DNA of 64,000 nucleotides from Deltaproteobacteria bacterium GWA2_45_12 (GTDB lineage Bacteria; UBA10199): NCBI GenBank assembly GCA_001797365.1, contig MGPH01000030.1, positions 1,963 to 65,962 of the forward strand, read 5' to 3'. Shown piece by piece: positions 54,755 to 64,000 of this stretch (position 1 is its first letter; each line of letters starts with the position of its first letter). The notes under the pieces were generated by a model. It saw only the letters and a program-made list of their open reading frames with translations, ran no database searches and was not told where the DNA came from. The position numbers and the translations under genes were made by a program.

Positions 54755-56179
54755 CTACATTTCCCACGCCCTAATATCCACAAAATGTCCGGCAATGGCG
54801 GCAGCTGCAGCCATTTCGGGGCTTACCAAGTGGGTACGTCCGCCCTTGCCTTGGCGGCCTTCAAAATTGCGGTTGGATGTGGAGGCACAACGCTCGCCAG
54901 CCTCCAGTTTGTCAGGGTTCATGGCCAGGCACATGCTGCAGCCGGCATTGCGCCACTGGGCTCCTGCTTCAATAAATATTTTGTGTAACCCTTCGCGTTC
55001 AGCCTGAAGACGTACCTGCTCGCTTCCTGGAACAATGAGAGTTTTCACTTTCTTTGATACTTTTTTCCCTTTGAAAATTTTGGCAGCCGCCCGCAAGTCT
55101 TCAATGCGCGAATTAGTGCAGCTTCCGATGAAAACGACATTAATGGGGATGTCGGTTATTTTGGTTCCCGGTTTCAAACCCATATACTCCAGGGCTTTTT
55201 CAACATCCGCCGGAGCACAGTTTTTGACTTCGCTGGGTTTGGGGACCACTCCTGAAACATCGACCACCATGCCGGGGTTTGTTCCCCAGGTCACCTGGGG
55301 CGCCATTTGGCTTACGTCAATGGTGATTTCGCGGTCATAGGGGGCCTGGGTGTCGGTGACCAATTTCTTCCAGTTGACGATGGCTGCTTCCAAGGCTTTG
55401 CCTTTGGGGGCAAAGGGTCTTTTACCGGATGCTATGTATTGAAAGGTGATGTCATCGGGTGCAATCATCCCCGCCTTGGCACCGGCCTCAATGCTCATGT
55501 TGCAAATGGTCATGCGCGCTTCCATAGAAAGGGCTTTAATGGCTTCGCCCGTGTATTCCAGAACATAACCCGTACCGCCCGCGGTTCCAATGGAACCAAT
55601 CAGTTTAAGGATGAAATCCTTTGCCGTGACATGGGCGTGGGGTTTGCCGACGAAATTGGCCTTGAAGGATTTTGCTTTTTGTTGAACCAGGCACTGGGTG
55701 GCAAGGACGTGTTCCACTTCAGAAGTGCCAATGCCAAAAGCCAGCGCTCCAAAAGCCCCATGGGTTGAAGTGTGGCTGTCCCCGCATACAATGGTTGTTC
55801 CCGGAAGGGTCAGCCCTAATTCGGGCCCAATGACATGGACAATGCCCTGTTTGTCAGAATCGAGGTCATAGAGGGTGATGCCAAACTCGTTACAATTTTT
55901 TTGAAGGGTTTCAATTTGCGTTTTGGCAATCAGGTCGCGAATGTCTTTTTTATTTTCGGTGGGGACATTGTGGTCCATGGTGGCAAAAGTCAGTTCCGGA
56001 TGGCGAAGTTTGCGCTTGTTTAAACGCAAACCATCAAAAGCCTGGGGAGAGGTCACTTCGTGCACAAGATGACGGTCGATGTACAAAAGGGTGCTGCCAT
56101 CGGGAAGGTCGCATACCGCATGGTTGTCCCATACTTTTTGAAAGAGGGTCTTGGGGGTCATGAGAAAACTTGCTAACAT
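54755..56179 (-). CDS. leuC: 3-isopropylmalate dehydratase large subunit
   Basis: 474 aa aconitase-family protein with Fe-S ligands (CMCLAMN, GSCTNSR) directly upstream of leuD. Confidence 0.85.
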   Translation of the reverse strand: MLASFLMTPKTLFQKVWDNHAVCDLPDGSTLLYIDRHLVHEVTSPQAFDGLRLNKRKLRHPELTFATMDHNVPTENKKDIRDLIAKTQIETLQKNCNEFGITLYDLDSDKQGIVHVIGPELGLTLPGTTIVCGDSHTSTHGAFGALAFGIGTSEVEHVLATQCLVQQKAKSFKANFVGKPHAHVTAKDFILKLIGSIGTAGGTGYVLEYTGEAIKALSMEARMTICNMSIEAGAKAGMIAPDDITFQYIASGKRPFAPKGKALEAAIVNWKKLVTDTQAPYDREITIDVSQMAPQVTWGTNPGMVVDVSGVVPKPSEVKNCAPADVEKALEYMGLKPGTKITDIPINVVFIGSCTNSRIEDLRAAAKIFKGKKVSKKVKTLIVPGSEQVRLQAEREGLHKIFIEAGAQWRNAGCSMCLAMNPDKLEAGERCASTSNRNFEGRQGKGGRTHLVSPEMAAAAAIAGHFVDIRAWEM

Positions 56180-56221
56180 GAGCCCTTGTGAGAGCGCAAG
56201 ATTTTAGTTAAATGTTTAACC

Positions 56222-57208
56222 ATGAAAGCCCTCGTTTTGGGAGCCACAGGAATTATTGGAAATAACCTCATTCGATATTTGTTGAAGGAAGGGGTGGAGG
56301 TTCGGGCCGTCTCGCGTGGGGTTACCCCCTCACTCAATTTAAAGGGTTTGGATATTGAATATAGTCAGGGGGATATTCATGAGGCCTCTTTTTTGAAAAA
56401 GGCGGTACGCGATTGCTCCCTTGTTTTTCATACGGCGCCTTATTATCCGCTCCATCCTTTCCATTTAAAACAGCACGAAGAAAAGGCCCTTTCTGGTTTA
56501 AGAACGGTGCTTGAAGTTCTTAAAGGGAGTTCCATCAATAAATTGGTTTATACCAGCACCCTTACAACCATTGGCAGACCTGCAAAAGAAGGGGAAATGG
56601 CCGATGAAACTTGTTCCTATCATTTAAAAGAAATTCCCCATCCTTATTTTTGGGTGAAGCATCTGATGGAAGAAGAAGTCAGATCCGAGGCTGGAAAGGG
56701 ATTTCCCATCGTTATTGTAAATCCCACCGGCTGTTTTGGGCCTTTCGAATTAAAACCACCCCAATTATGTTTGATCCCCCAGCTTATGAATAAAAAATTG
56801 CCGGCTTCTATTGAAGGTAAAATCAATGCGGTGAGTATTTATGATGTGGCCAGGGGGCATTGGTTGGCTTCCCAAAAGGGAAGGAGTGGAGAGCGCTATA
56901 TTCTGGGAGGGCATAACATTACAGGAGGAGATTTGATTCGCTTGATATGTAAAATAGGGAAGGTGGCTCCCCCCAAATTTAAGATACCCACTCCTTTAGC
57001 TGCCCAATTGGCCAAAATAGTGGAAGCGATAAGCTATTATGGATTCCAAAAACCTTCTCCCATGTCCCTATTGGGAATTCGTTTCATCCAATATGGCCAA
57101 CACTTAAATAGCCAGAAAGCCATCCATACGCTTGGGTATTCCATTTCTCCTTTAGACCCCGCAATCAAAGACGCTATCGAATGGTTTGAAAGTATAAAAT
57201 ATTGTTAA
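56222..57208 (+). CDS. NAD-dependent epimerase/dehydratase (SDR; HpnA-like?)
   Basis: Rossmann motif GATGIIGNNLIRYL; 328 aa. Confidence 0.7.
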   Translation: MKALVLGATGIIGNNLIRYLLKEGVEVRAVSRGVTPSLNLKGLDIEYSQGDIHEASFLKKAVRDCSLVFHTAPYYPLHPFHLKQHEEKALSGLRTVLEVLKGSSINKLVYTSTLTTIGRPAKEGEMADETCSYHLKEIPHPYFWVKHLMEEEVRSEAGKGFPIVIVNPTGCFGPFELKPPQLCLIPQLMNKKLPASIEGKINAVSIYDVARGHWLASQKGRSGERYILGGHNITGGDLIRLICKIGKVAPPKFKIPTPLAAQLAKIVEAISYYGFQKPSPMSLLGIRFIQYGQHLNSQKAIHTLGYSISPLDPAIKDAIEWFESIKYC

Positions 57209-57335
57209 TTATTAGTAATTTAAATATTAATATATAATCTATTTATTTATATTTATTTTGAGAAGAAAGTCCCACAAGGCTTAGAAAAACGTTTGAGGTC
57301 AATAGGGTAACTATAAGACTTTTCTTGTCTTTTCT

Positions 57336-58007
57336 TTGGAGCTCATTATAATCGAAAAGATGATGGATCAACGAGTGAAGCGACAAGCTCAAGAAAAAAT
57401 TCGGTTGGATGGAGAAGGAAACTGGTTTCAGGGGGAATATCCCATCTTGCATGAACGTACCGTTCAATTTCTTTACAAAAACATTGCCCGTAATGAAGAA
57501 GGAAATTATTTTCTCACCGGTGAAGATAAGCCCATTTATTTTGATGTGGAAGATATCCCTTATTGGATTGTTAAGATTGAACGAACCATCGTGGGGTATT
57601 TACTTACTTTAACGGATGGAAGTATCGAACTCTTAAACGGTGATTTTTTATGGAGGGGAAAACAAGATGCCCTTTATTGTTTGGTGAAAGGGGGACAATT
57701 TGGAGCCAAGTTTTCAAGAGCCTCTTATTATGAAATTGCCAAAGATTTGCAGCAAATAGGTTCCAAATATTACCTTGTTTTAGGCAGGAACAAATATCCC
57801 ATTGCGGATAAGGCCCCGGCCATTCTTACGGAAAAACCAGCCAAGAAAAAACTGGTATCCAAGAAATCGGCCAAAAAATCCACCAAGAGGACCAAGCCTG
57901 CCAAGGCAAAAAAGAAGGCCGTCAAGAAACGCCCGAAAAAAACGGTCAAAAAAGCAAAAGCCCATAAATCTCTCAAAAAAGCTGCCAAGAAGAAAAAGAA
58001 AAAATAG
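57336..58007 (+). CDS. DUF1285-like domain protein with a histone-H1-like Lys/Ala-rich C-terminal tail
   Basis: RLDGEGNWFQGEYPILHERTVQFLYKNIARNEEGNYFLTGEDKPIYFDVEDIPYWIV resembles DUF1285. Tail KKLVSKKSAKKSTKRTKPAKAKKKAVKKRPKKTVKKAKAHKSLKKAAKKKKKK. Confidence 0.55.
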   Translation: MELIIIEKMMDQRVKRQAQEKIRLDGEGNWFQGEYPILHERTVQFLYKNIARNEEGNYFLTGEDKPIYFDVEDIPYWIVKIERTIVGYLLTLTDGSIELLNGDFLWRGKQDALYCLVKGGQFGAKFSRASYYEIAKDLQQIGSKYYLVLGRNKYPIADKAPAILTEKPAKKKLVSKKSAKKSTKRTKPAKAKKKAVKKRPKKTVKKAKAHKSLKKAAKKKKKK

Positions 58008-58054
58008 TATACGGATAAAATCCCCCTTAGTCCCCCTTTTTTTAAGGGGGATGA

Positions 58055-59245
58055 ATGCAGGTTATGCATCTCCAGCCCCTATCGCTTTACATCCATTTTC
58101 CTTATTGCCTCTATAAATGTCAGTACTGTGATTTTAATTCCTATGCCGTAAAAAATGATCCCACTCTTTATTCAGAATATGTTGACGGCCTTATCAAAGA
58201 ATTGTCTTTTAGGTGTTCTTTGTTTGATCAAACGGGGCAGTTTTTCTTTCCCAAAAAAACAAAGTTAAAAACTATTTTCTTTGGGGGAGGCACTCCTTCT
58301 TTAATGGGGGCGGCCCAAGTAGAACGCATTTTAAATGCGTTGTCCGGCTATTTTGAAATGTCTTTCCAGACGGAAATAAGTTTGGAAGCCAACCCTAAAA
58401 CAATAGACAAAAAAAATCTGAACGAATTCAAAATGGCCGGTATTAATCGCTTGTCGTTGGGCATCCAAAGTTTGCATGACAAATATTTGGGGGCTTTTGG
58501 TCGCATTCACACAGCTGAGGAGGCCCGGCAGGCTTTGGGGTGGGCCGCAGAAACGTTTTCGAACTGGAATGCCGATCTCATGTTCGGGTTTCCGGGGCAG
58601 AGCATGGAGGAATGGAAGGCCGATTTAAATGAGTTGCTCGATTATCAATCGCCCCATCTTTCTTGTTATTCGTTCACGGTGGAAGAAGGGGCGCCCTATG
58701 CCAAGTTGGTTCATGAAAAAAAGGCGGCCATGCCCCATGAAGAGGATCAGGCCCGCATGTTTAAAACCACCCAGCTAAGAATTTTGAAAACGAACCTTGC
58801 CAAATACGAAATTTCCAATTTTGCCCATCCCGGCTTTGAATGCCGGCATAATCTTGCTTACTGGAACTACGAGCCTTATCTGGCTTTGGGAGCAGGGGCG
58901 TGCGGCTTTTTTCACCAATTACGGGGGGCAAATTTTGGTTATCGAACGACCAATTTCAAAAGCCCCCAAGTTTATTTGAAAGCCCTGGCAAGCGGGGATA
59001 TTTGTTTTGATACGGAATTTATTTCCCAAAAAACGGCCATGGCCGAATTCATGATGATGGCTTTAAGGCTTTCTAACGGGGTGAATGCCGAAAATTTTGA
59101 AAAGTTTTTTGGAAAATCATTGTCCGAACAATATCCACAGATTCTTTCTCGCTTAAGAGAAAAACAATGGATGGAAAAAGACGGTTATCGCCTTACCAGC
59201 GAAGGCCTTATTTTTTCCAACCAGGCCATGGCGATGTTTTTTTAG
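58055..59245 (+). CDS. hemW: radical SAM heme chaperone HemW (HemN-like, oxygen-independent coproporphyrinogen oxidase family)
   Basis: YIHFPYCLYKCQYCDF radical-SAM cysteine motif; HemN C-terminal domain. Confidence 0.85.
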   Translation: MQVMHLQPLSLYIHFPYCLYKCQYCDFNSYAVKNDPTLYSEYVDGLIKELSFRCSLFDQTGQFFFPKKTKLKTIFFGGGTPSLMGAAQVERILNALSGYFEMSFQTEISLEANPKTIDKKNLNEFKMAGINRLSLGIQSLHDKYLGAFGRIHTAEEARQALGWAAETFSNWNADLMFGFPGQSMEEWKADLNELLDYQSPHLSCYSFTVEEGAPYAKLVHEKKAAMPHEEDQARMFKTTQLRILKTNLAKYEISNFAHPGFECRHNLAYWNYEPYLALGAGACGFFHQLRGANFGYRTTNFKSPQVYLKALASGDICFDTEFISQKTAMAEFMMMALRLSNGVNAENFEKFFGKSLSEQYPQILSRLREKQWMEKDGYRLTSEGLIFSNQAMAMFF

Positions 59246-59314
59246 AAAAGAGGAAAGTAAGGCCTTGCCTGAAATTGGATTGACCCCAGAGTTCAGAATA
59301 TCTACACTTCTGCC

Positions 59315-61246
59315 ATGGATTTTTTTAGGGTTTTACCCCGATGGGCGGCCGATCATCTAGAATTGGCGGCCCCTGTTCTATTAACCCCCCAAGCGCTTGG
59401 AAAATTTTCATTGGAAGAAATTGGTTTTCGCAAAAGAATCCAGAATTCGTATTCAGCCCTTTCCCTTCAATTACGTGTGGGTGTTCTTTTTGGTTTGCTA
59501 GGGTTTAATCTTTTTTTGTTAATCCGTTATTTTAAATGTTTGAAAAAATCTTCTTTTGAAGAAAAGAAACGGGTTTATCAATGGTGGTTTTATCAACCCA
59601 CTTTTTTGTTGTATGCGCTTTTGCGTCCTTTGATGGTTCTTGTTTATACCTCGTTTTATTCCCATCCAAAATTGGCCAAAGAATTGGGGTTTGAAGAAGA
59701 CCAGAACAAGAACCCCGATTTTTTCACAAATAATCAGCCTCCACGAAACAACGAACAGCCCTCCGAAATCCATGCTGACTTTTGTGTGCTTGGATCGGGG
59801 GCCGGGGGGGCCGTGGTGGCTCGTGAGTTGGCGCTTTTGGGGCATCAGGTGGTTATTTTGGAAGAAGGGCCTTTTGTTTCCATAGAACAGTTTCAAAACT
59901 TGCCAACCATTGAACGCAATCGGCTTCTTTATAGGGACGGCGGAATGTTTTCGACGATGGGGCTGCCACCCATTTTACTTCCTACAGGAAGATGTGTGGG
60001 AGGCACCACGGTGATTAATTCCGGGACATGTTTTCGTACTCCGGCTGATGTCTTGAGCCAATGGCAAGATGATTATGGTTTGAAAAATCTGACCCAGGAA
60101 AAATTAAATCCCTATTTTGAACGTGTTGAAGCCATGTTGCAGGTAAAACCGGTGGCCCCTGAAGTTTTTTCTGAAAACGACAAGATTTTGCAAAAGGGAG
60201 CTGCCCGGCTTGGCTATGAGGGTTTTCCTTTGCAGAGAAATGTGGGGGCTTGTGAAGGGAAGGGGGTCTGTATTTTTGGATGCCCCACAGGCGCCAAGCT
60301 CAGCATGGAACGCAGTTATCTGCCCAGCGCTTTAAGCAACGGCGCCAAGATCTACTCCTTGTGTAAGGTCAATCGTTTGGTTGTTGAAGGCAGCCGCGTT
60401 ATTCGCATTGAGGCCCATTGGCTAAATCCTGCAACACGAAAGAAAGAATCCTCTGTCATCATTTATCCCAAAAACGTGATTGTCTCCTGTGGCACTTTAA
60501 ACACACCCCTTCTTCTTAAAAAAAGTCGTATGGCTCGTTTTTCAAAAGCTTTAGGTCGAAATTTAACCATTCATCCCACGTGCAAAATGGTGGGAATGTT
60601 TGATGAAGTGGTCGATGGTTTCAGAGGGGTGCCCCAAGGTTCAGCCATTACGGCCCTGGAAAAAGAAGGGGTGATGTTTGAAAGCGTTTTTTTTCCACCG
60701 TGGCTGTTGGCGGCCAGTTTGTATCAGCCCCCCGAAGTTTTAAGGGAGATTCTTTTTTCCTACAGGCATTGTGCCATTTTTGGTTTTTTGGTTCATGACC
60801 AAGGGCACGGACGTGTTGTCAAAGGATGGGACGGCAATCCCCTTGTTTTTTATTCCTTGTCCAAAAAAGAGGTGGCACTTTTTCAAAAGGGGTTGGCCAT
60901 TTTGGGGGCAATCTTTTTTAAGGCCGGGGCCAAAAAGATTTATTGTGCGACCAGATGTGTGCATGAACTTACCAGCCCCAAACAACTGGATGTTTTTTCC
61001 AAACGAAAATGGAAAGCCAGTGATTTTGAGTCGGCGGCCTTTCATCCCCTGGGCACTTGTCGCATGGGACAGGATGCACGTAATTCTGTCGTGGATGAAA
61101 ATTTAAAGATTCATGATTTGGATAATGCCTATATTGCCGATGGTTCTGTTTTTCCCACTTCGTTGGGTGTGAATCCCCAGATTACCATTATGAGTTTTGC
61201 CACTCGTTTGGCCGATCATCTTCACTCCATTTCTTTTTCCGATTAG
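59315..61246 (+). CDS. GMC-family FAD-dependent oxidoreductase with an N-terminal membrane segment
   Basis: FAD dinucleotide-binding CVLGSGAGGAVVARELALLGHQVVILEEG; GMC C-terminal region. Confidence 0.8.
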   Translation: MDFFRVLPRWAADHLELAAPVLLTPQALGKFSLEEIGFRKRIQNSYSALSLQLRVGVLFGLLGFNLFLLIRYFKCLKKSSFEEKKRVYQWWFYQPTFLLYALLRPLMVLVYTSFYSHPKLAKELGFEEDQNKNPDFFTNNQPPRNNEQPSEIHADFCVLGSGAGGAVVARELALLGHQVVILEEGPFVSIEQFQNLPTIERNRLLYRDGGMFSTMGLPPILLPTGRCVGGTTVINSGTCFRTPADVLSQWQDDYGLKNLTQEKLNPYFERVEAMLQVKPVAPEVFSENDKILQKGAARLGYEGFPLQRNVGACEGKGVCIFGCPTGAKLSMERSYLPSALSNGAKIYSLCKVNRLVVEGSRVIRIEAHWLNPATRKKESSVIIYPKNVIVSCGTLNTPLLLKKSRMARFSKALGRNLTIHPTCKMVGMFDEVVDGFRGVPQGSAITALEKEGVMFESVFFPPWLLAASLYQPPEVLREILFSYRHCAIFGFLVHDQGHGRVVKGWDGNPLVFYSLSKKEVALFQKGLAILGAIFFKAGAKKIYCATRCVHELTSPKQLDVFSKRKWKASDFESAAFHPLGTCRMGQDARNSVVDENLKIHDLDNAYIADGSVFPTSLGVNPQITIMSFATRLADHLHSISFSD

Positions 61247-61251
61247 CTCAT

Positions 61252-61414
61252 CCCCCTTTAAAAAAGGGGGGTAGGGGGATTTGAGCCCGTTCCAGCTCCC
61301 GTACCCGATTCAAATATCTCTTATGCGTTGGGAAAGAATTTACTGAGAAAAAAATACGGAAACGGGGATAAAATCGGGCCCAAATCCCCCTTGGTCCCCC
61401 TTTTTTAAAGGGGG
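61252..61414 (+). repeat. B-element (MITE-like) with both flanking hairpins intact
   Basis: CCCCCTTTAAAAAAGGGGG (61252-70); TIR GGGGGATTTGAGCCCG (61275-90) ... CGGGCCCAAATCCCCC (61375-90); TTGGT; CCCCCTTTTTTAAAGGGGG (61396-414). Confidence 0.7.
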
Positions 61415-61462
61415 ATAATTTAAAGTTGACTCTCGCCCCAAAATTGTTGAAAGAAAGGTGGC

Positions 61463-61981
61463 ATGAATAAGAGACTTCTTCTTGTTGTTTTGGTCGTAGG
61501 TTCCTTTTTGTACTGGGCCTACATGCAAAAAGAATGGCATCGGCATGATCCCCTTGAAGGGAAGGCCGCCCCAGACTTTACAGTAAGTACGGATAATGGG
61601 GAAAAGTTCAAACTGGCTGCGGCTCAAGGCAAAGTCGTGCTCCTTCATTTTTGGGCCACGTGGTGCCCCCCTTGTACGCAAGAAATGCCAAAAGTAAACG
61701 CCCTTTATAACGCCATGAAAGACCGTCCTTTTGAACTGGTGGCCGTATCCGTTGATGAGAACAAGAAGGATGTCGATGCTTTTAAAGGAAAAATGAAACT
61801 GGATTTCCCGATTTATTTTGACCCCAGCGAAAATCTCACAGACACTTATGGCACTTTTGGTTTGCCTGAGTCCTACTTAATTGATCCTTCCGGAAAAATC
61901 GTTAAAAAACTTGTGGGCCCCCAAAACTGGATGAACCCTGACTTCCTTAAGAAGATCGAAAGTTTATTACCGCCCTCCTGA
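61463..61981 (+). CDS. TlpA/ResA-family thiol-disulfide oxidoreductase (thioredoxin fold, membrane anchored)
   Basis: WATWCPPCTQEMP (CxxC) after an N-terminal TM helix. Confidence 0.75.
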   Translation: MNKRLLLVVLVVGSFLYWAYMQKEWHRHDPLEGKAAPDFTVSTDNGEKFKLAAAQGKVVLLHFWATWCPPCTQEMPKVNALYNAMKDRPFELVAVSVDENKKDVDAFKGKMKLDFPIYFDPSENLTDTYGTFGLPESYLIDPSGKIVKKLVGPQNWMNPDFLKKIESLLPPS

Positions 61982-61985
61982 AGGC

Positions 61986-62351
61986 TTATTCTTCCTTCAC
62001 TTTAACAATTTTATTGTTTTTATCGACGAGCACTTTTTTGGCCTTGTGTGTTTTGTATTCTTCCAGGGTGAGGTTGACAAAGCTGGTTAAAATAACGATG
62101 TGCCCTTTTTTGATGCGATGGGCGGCAGAGCCATTAATGCATACCGTGCCTGAACCCCTTGGGGCGGGGAGCATGACATAGGTATAAAGCCTGTCGCCTG
62201 TCGTGACATCCCAAATATGGACCATTTCGTGGGTCATGAGGCCGGCGGCTTCCATAAGGTCTAGATCGAGGGTGACAGACCCTTCATAGTCGACATTGGC
62301 GTCAGTCACCAAGGCCCGGTGGATTTTTGATTTGAGAATTTGAAATAGCAT
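61986..62351 (-). CDS. panD: aspartate 1-decarboxylase
   Basis: 121 aa; processing site Gly-Ser in YEGSVTLD; HRAL... typical PanD. Confidence 0.88.
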   Translation of the reverse strand: MLFQILKSKIHRALVTDANVDYEGSVTLDLDLMEAAGLMTHEMVHIWDVTTGDRLYTYVMLPAPRGSGTVCINGSAAHRIKKGHIVILTSFVNLTLEEYKTHKAKKVLVDKNNKIVKVKEE

Positions 62352-62445
62352 AGAGGGCCTTCAATTAATGGGATTCCGGGGATTTAGCAAATGTTTTTTT
62401 TGAAGTTTTCAGGCAACTTTTGGGAAATTTTTGCGAAAAAGGGGC

Positions 62446-64000
62446 ATGGTTAAAAAGATCAAAGGTGGTAAAGGCTCCCCTCCAGCAGGTGGGGGAAAGG
62501 CCCTTCCTATAGGCCCTGTGGCTGAGGCATTATCAGGGCCAGTTGCTTCGGATCCTCAGGATCTTTTTATAGGGGCACTTCCAGGATTACCTCTAACATC
62601 GCCTATTTTAGATCGAGCCTTAGCGGCTCGTTTAGGAGCGGAAGTTGGTGGTGTTCAACCGGCGCAAGGCCCGAAACTTAAAATAAAACCAGAAGAAAAA
62701 GTATTTTTTGAGGCTTACAGCCGTGTGGTTGATTCAGACGCTGTTTCCATGACTCTTGTTGGATCTATGCGAGCCATTCCCCGTGAATTTCTTGTTTCCA
62801 CCCTACTTCAAAAAACTCCAACCCGTGCGTTTAAAGTTTATGAAGAAGGAAAGTCGGGCAGAACATTGCGTGCTGAAATCAAATTTCTTTCCTATGGGCA
62901 CGTTGTTGTTTTTTATCCCCGACCCAATGAAGCAAAATGGAGGGAGTTTGAAAGCATGGTGTCTTCCTCTTGTCAGCAAACTGGATTGGATGTGAAGCCA
63001 TGGGAAGAGAACGGGAACTATTATGTTAAACATGTTCATCGTAGGCATGTCGAAGGCATTGTAGGTCAGGTTTTTGATCAGTTCGCTCCCCATTTAAAGT
63101 ACCGTGCTGTAACCATTGCTGACAATTTGATTCGGGAAACTTTTCTAGAAGCCCATTGTCAAGATCTCGATATTCCCATGCTGACCTTGGGGCTTATTCT
63201 TTTGCATCTTGCAGGCACACCCGATTTCTTGGCCAAATTGCCCGAGCCTTTGGGAGAATCACTCACCCATTTCCCGGATGAACACACAGGGCGTTTCAGA
63301 AAAAGCTCGTTAACCCATCGTTTATTATATCGCATGGGAGAAGTGGTTATCCCTGAAAATTTCAAGCGTGCCATGGATGATCCCATGCACTATTTGCAGG
63401 CGGATTGGGACGCAGAAGGTGAGGCGATGAGGGAATATATTCCTGATGAAGTTTCGTGGCGACCCAGAGCGGCGGCGGAAAACTTTCTGGCTTTTGCGGT
63501 CCCTCCGCCGGAGGTGGTTGTGACAGAAGAAGATAAAAGGGAAGCCCGGCTCTATACTGTTTTGGATGTTTTATTTGCGACACCTTATTCTGCTGCAGCC
63601 GTAAAGGCCGCTGCCATGAAGCGCGCGGATGTTTTGCAAGACTTGGACTTAAGCCCTTCCACCGTGGCCGATTTATTGGATGAACAAAAGCGATCTGCAT
63701 GGATTGAAGCCAGGGTGACCCGGCTTAAAGTGATGGCTCCTTCCACCATAGCCCATTTAGTAAAGCACATTGACGCCTTAACCCAAAGCACACAAATAAC
63801 TGTAAACTCTTTTATAGCGGACCATGTTCCGGACGATTTTTTCAAACGACAGGAATTAGTCGATTTAATGGTGCGGGAGCTTGTTTCTCCAGAGCAAAGA
63901 GATCAGGAAAGCAATGAATTCCTGATGAGGCACGCCAGCGGTTTTTTAATGGATGATCCTTATTTCATCCAGGCCATGATTAACTGTGGCCTATTTTCAG
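62446..64000 (+). CDS. hypothetical protein, 5' complete and 3' truncated by the window end (>518 aa), with a Gly/Pro-rich N-terminus
   Basis: Manual reading of frame 1 from the ATG at 62446 shows no stop to 64000 (MVKKIKGGKGSPPAGGGKALPIGPVAEALSGPV...). It is absent from the ORF track because no stop lies inside the window. The minus-strand ORFs 63362..63700 and 63585..63845 are antisense artefacts. Confidence 0.6.
   Translation, partial: MVKKIKGGKGSPPAGGGKALPIGPVAEALSGPVASDPQDLFIGALPGLPLTSPILDRALAARLGAEVGGVQPAQGPKLKIKPEEKVFFEAYSRVVDSDAVSMTLVGSMRAIPREFLVSTLLQKTPTRAFKVYEEGKSGRTLRAEIKFLSYGHVVVFYPRPNEAKWREFESMVSSSCQQTGLDVKPWEENGNYYVKHVHRRHVEGIVGQVFDQFAPHLKYRAVTIADNLIRETFLEAHCQDLDIPMLTLGLILLHLAGTPDFLAKLPEPLGESLTHFPDEHTGRFRKSSLTHRLLYRMGEVVIPENFKRAMDDPMHYLQADWDAEGEAMREYIPDEVSWRPRAAAENFLAFAVPPPEVVVTEEDKREARLYTVLDVLFATPYSAAAVKAAAMKRADVLQDLDLSPSTVADLLDEQKRSAWIEARVTRLKVMAPSTIAHLVKHIDALTQSTQITVNSFIADHVPDDFFKRQELVDLMVRELVSPEQRDQESNEFLMRHASGFLMDDPYFIQAMINCGLFS

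Noticed and set aside
57770-58116. ORFs 57770..58069 (-), 57780..57965 (-) and 57802..58116 (+) overlapping the Lys-rich tail
   Set aside because: Alternative-frame and antisense readings of the AAG/AAA-rich tail-coding sequence are low-complexity artefacts.

Overview
This 64 kb window is a bacterial chromosomal segment (about 45% GC, no rRNA or tRNA seen, lineage not identifiable from sequence alone) with dense, mostly co-directional housekeeping genes. The backbone runs: a paired M16 peptidase, argS, a SPOR-domain protein, mgtE, a nitroreductase, lepA-lepB, queC-ORF-queE, comEA, a patatin-like lipase, aspS, an MlaD/MCE protein, purH, a CCA-adding enzyme, a PpiD-like chaperone, mreBCD-mrdA-rodA, gltA, a SAM hydroxide adenosyltransferase, OsmC, hpt, a VWA protein, a squalene/phytoene-synthase-family gene, leuCD, an SDR epimerase, hemW, a GMC oxidoreductase, a TlpA thioredoxin and panD. 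Three families of short structured repeats are interspersed among these genes: (i) a 28 bp perfect palindrome GTAAGGGCAATTCATGAATTGCCCTTAC in at least 7 copies, two of which carry compensatory double substitutions; (ii) a ~105-125 bp multi-hairpin 'A' element in 3 copies; (iii) a ~115 bp MITE-like 'B' element with GGGGGATTTGG.../...CAAATCCCCC terminal inverted repeats, flanked by CCCCC-T/A-GGGGG hairpins. One B copy is composite and carries a DUF559 endonuclease-fold gene. Accessory content includes a RES/Xre-type toxin-antitoxin pair, a ribbon-helix-helix ORF overlapping lepA behind a tandem direct repeat, a 1143 aa acidic orphan protein, and a DUF1285 protein with a histone-H1-like lysine tail. 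The most unusual region is a compositionally atypical, co-oriented minus-strand block at 44.4-52.7 kb. It encodes a 604 aa orphan, a roughly 818 aa protein (proline-rich N-terminus, six degenerate FHA-like repeats and a C-terminal DnaJ J-domain) split in frame by an IS1380-family insertion with 15 bp terminal inverted repeats and a 9 bp target duplication, and an 814 aa protein with a divergent eukaryotic-like protein-kinase fold. This block is a candidate, apparently undescribed phospho-signalling and Hsp70-recruiting module.
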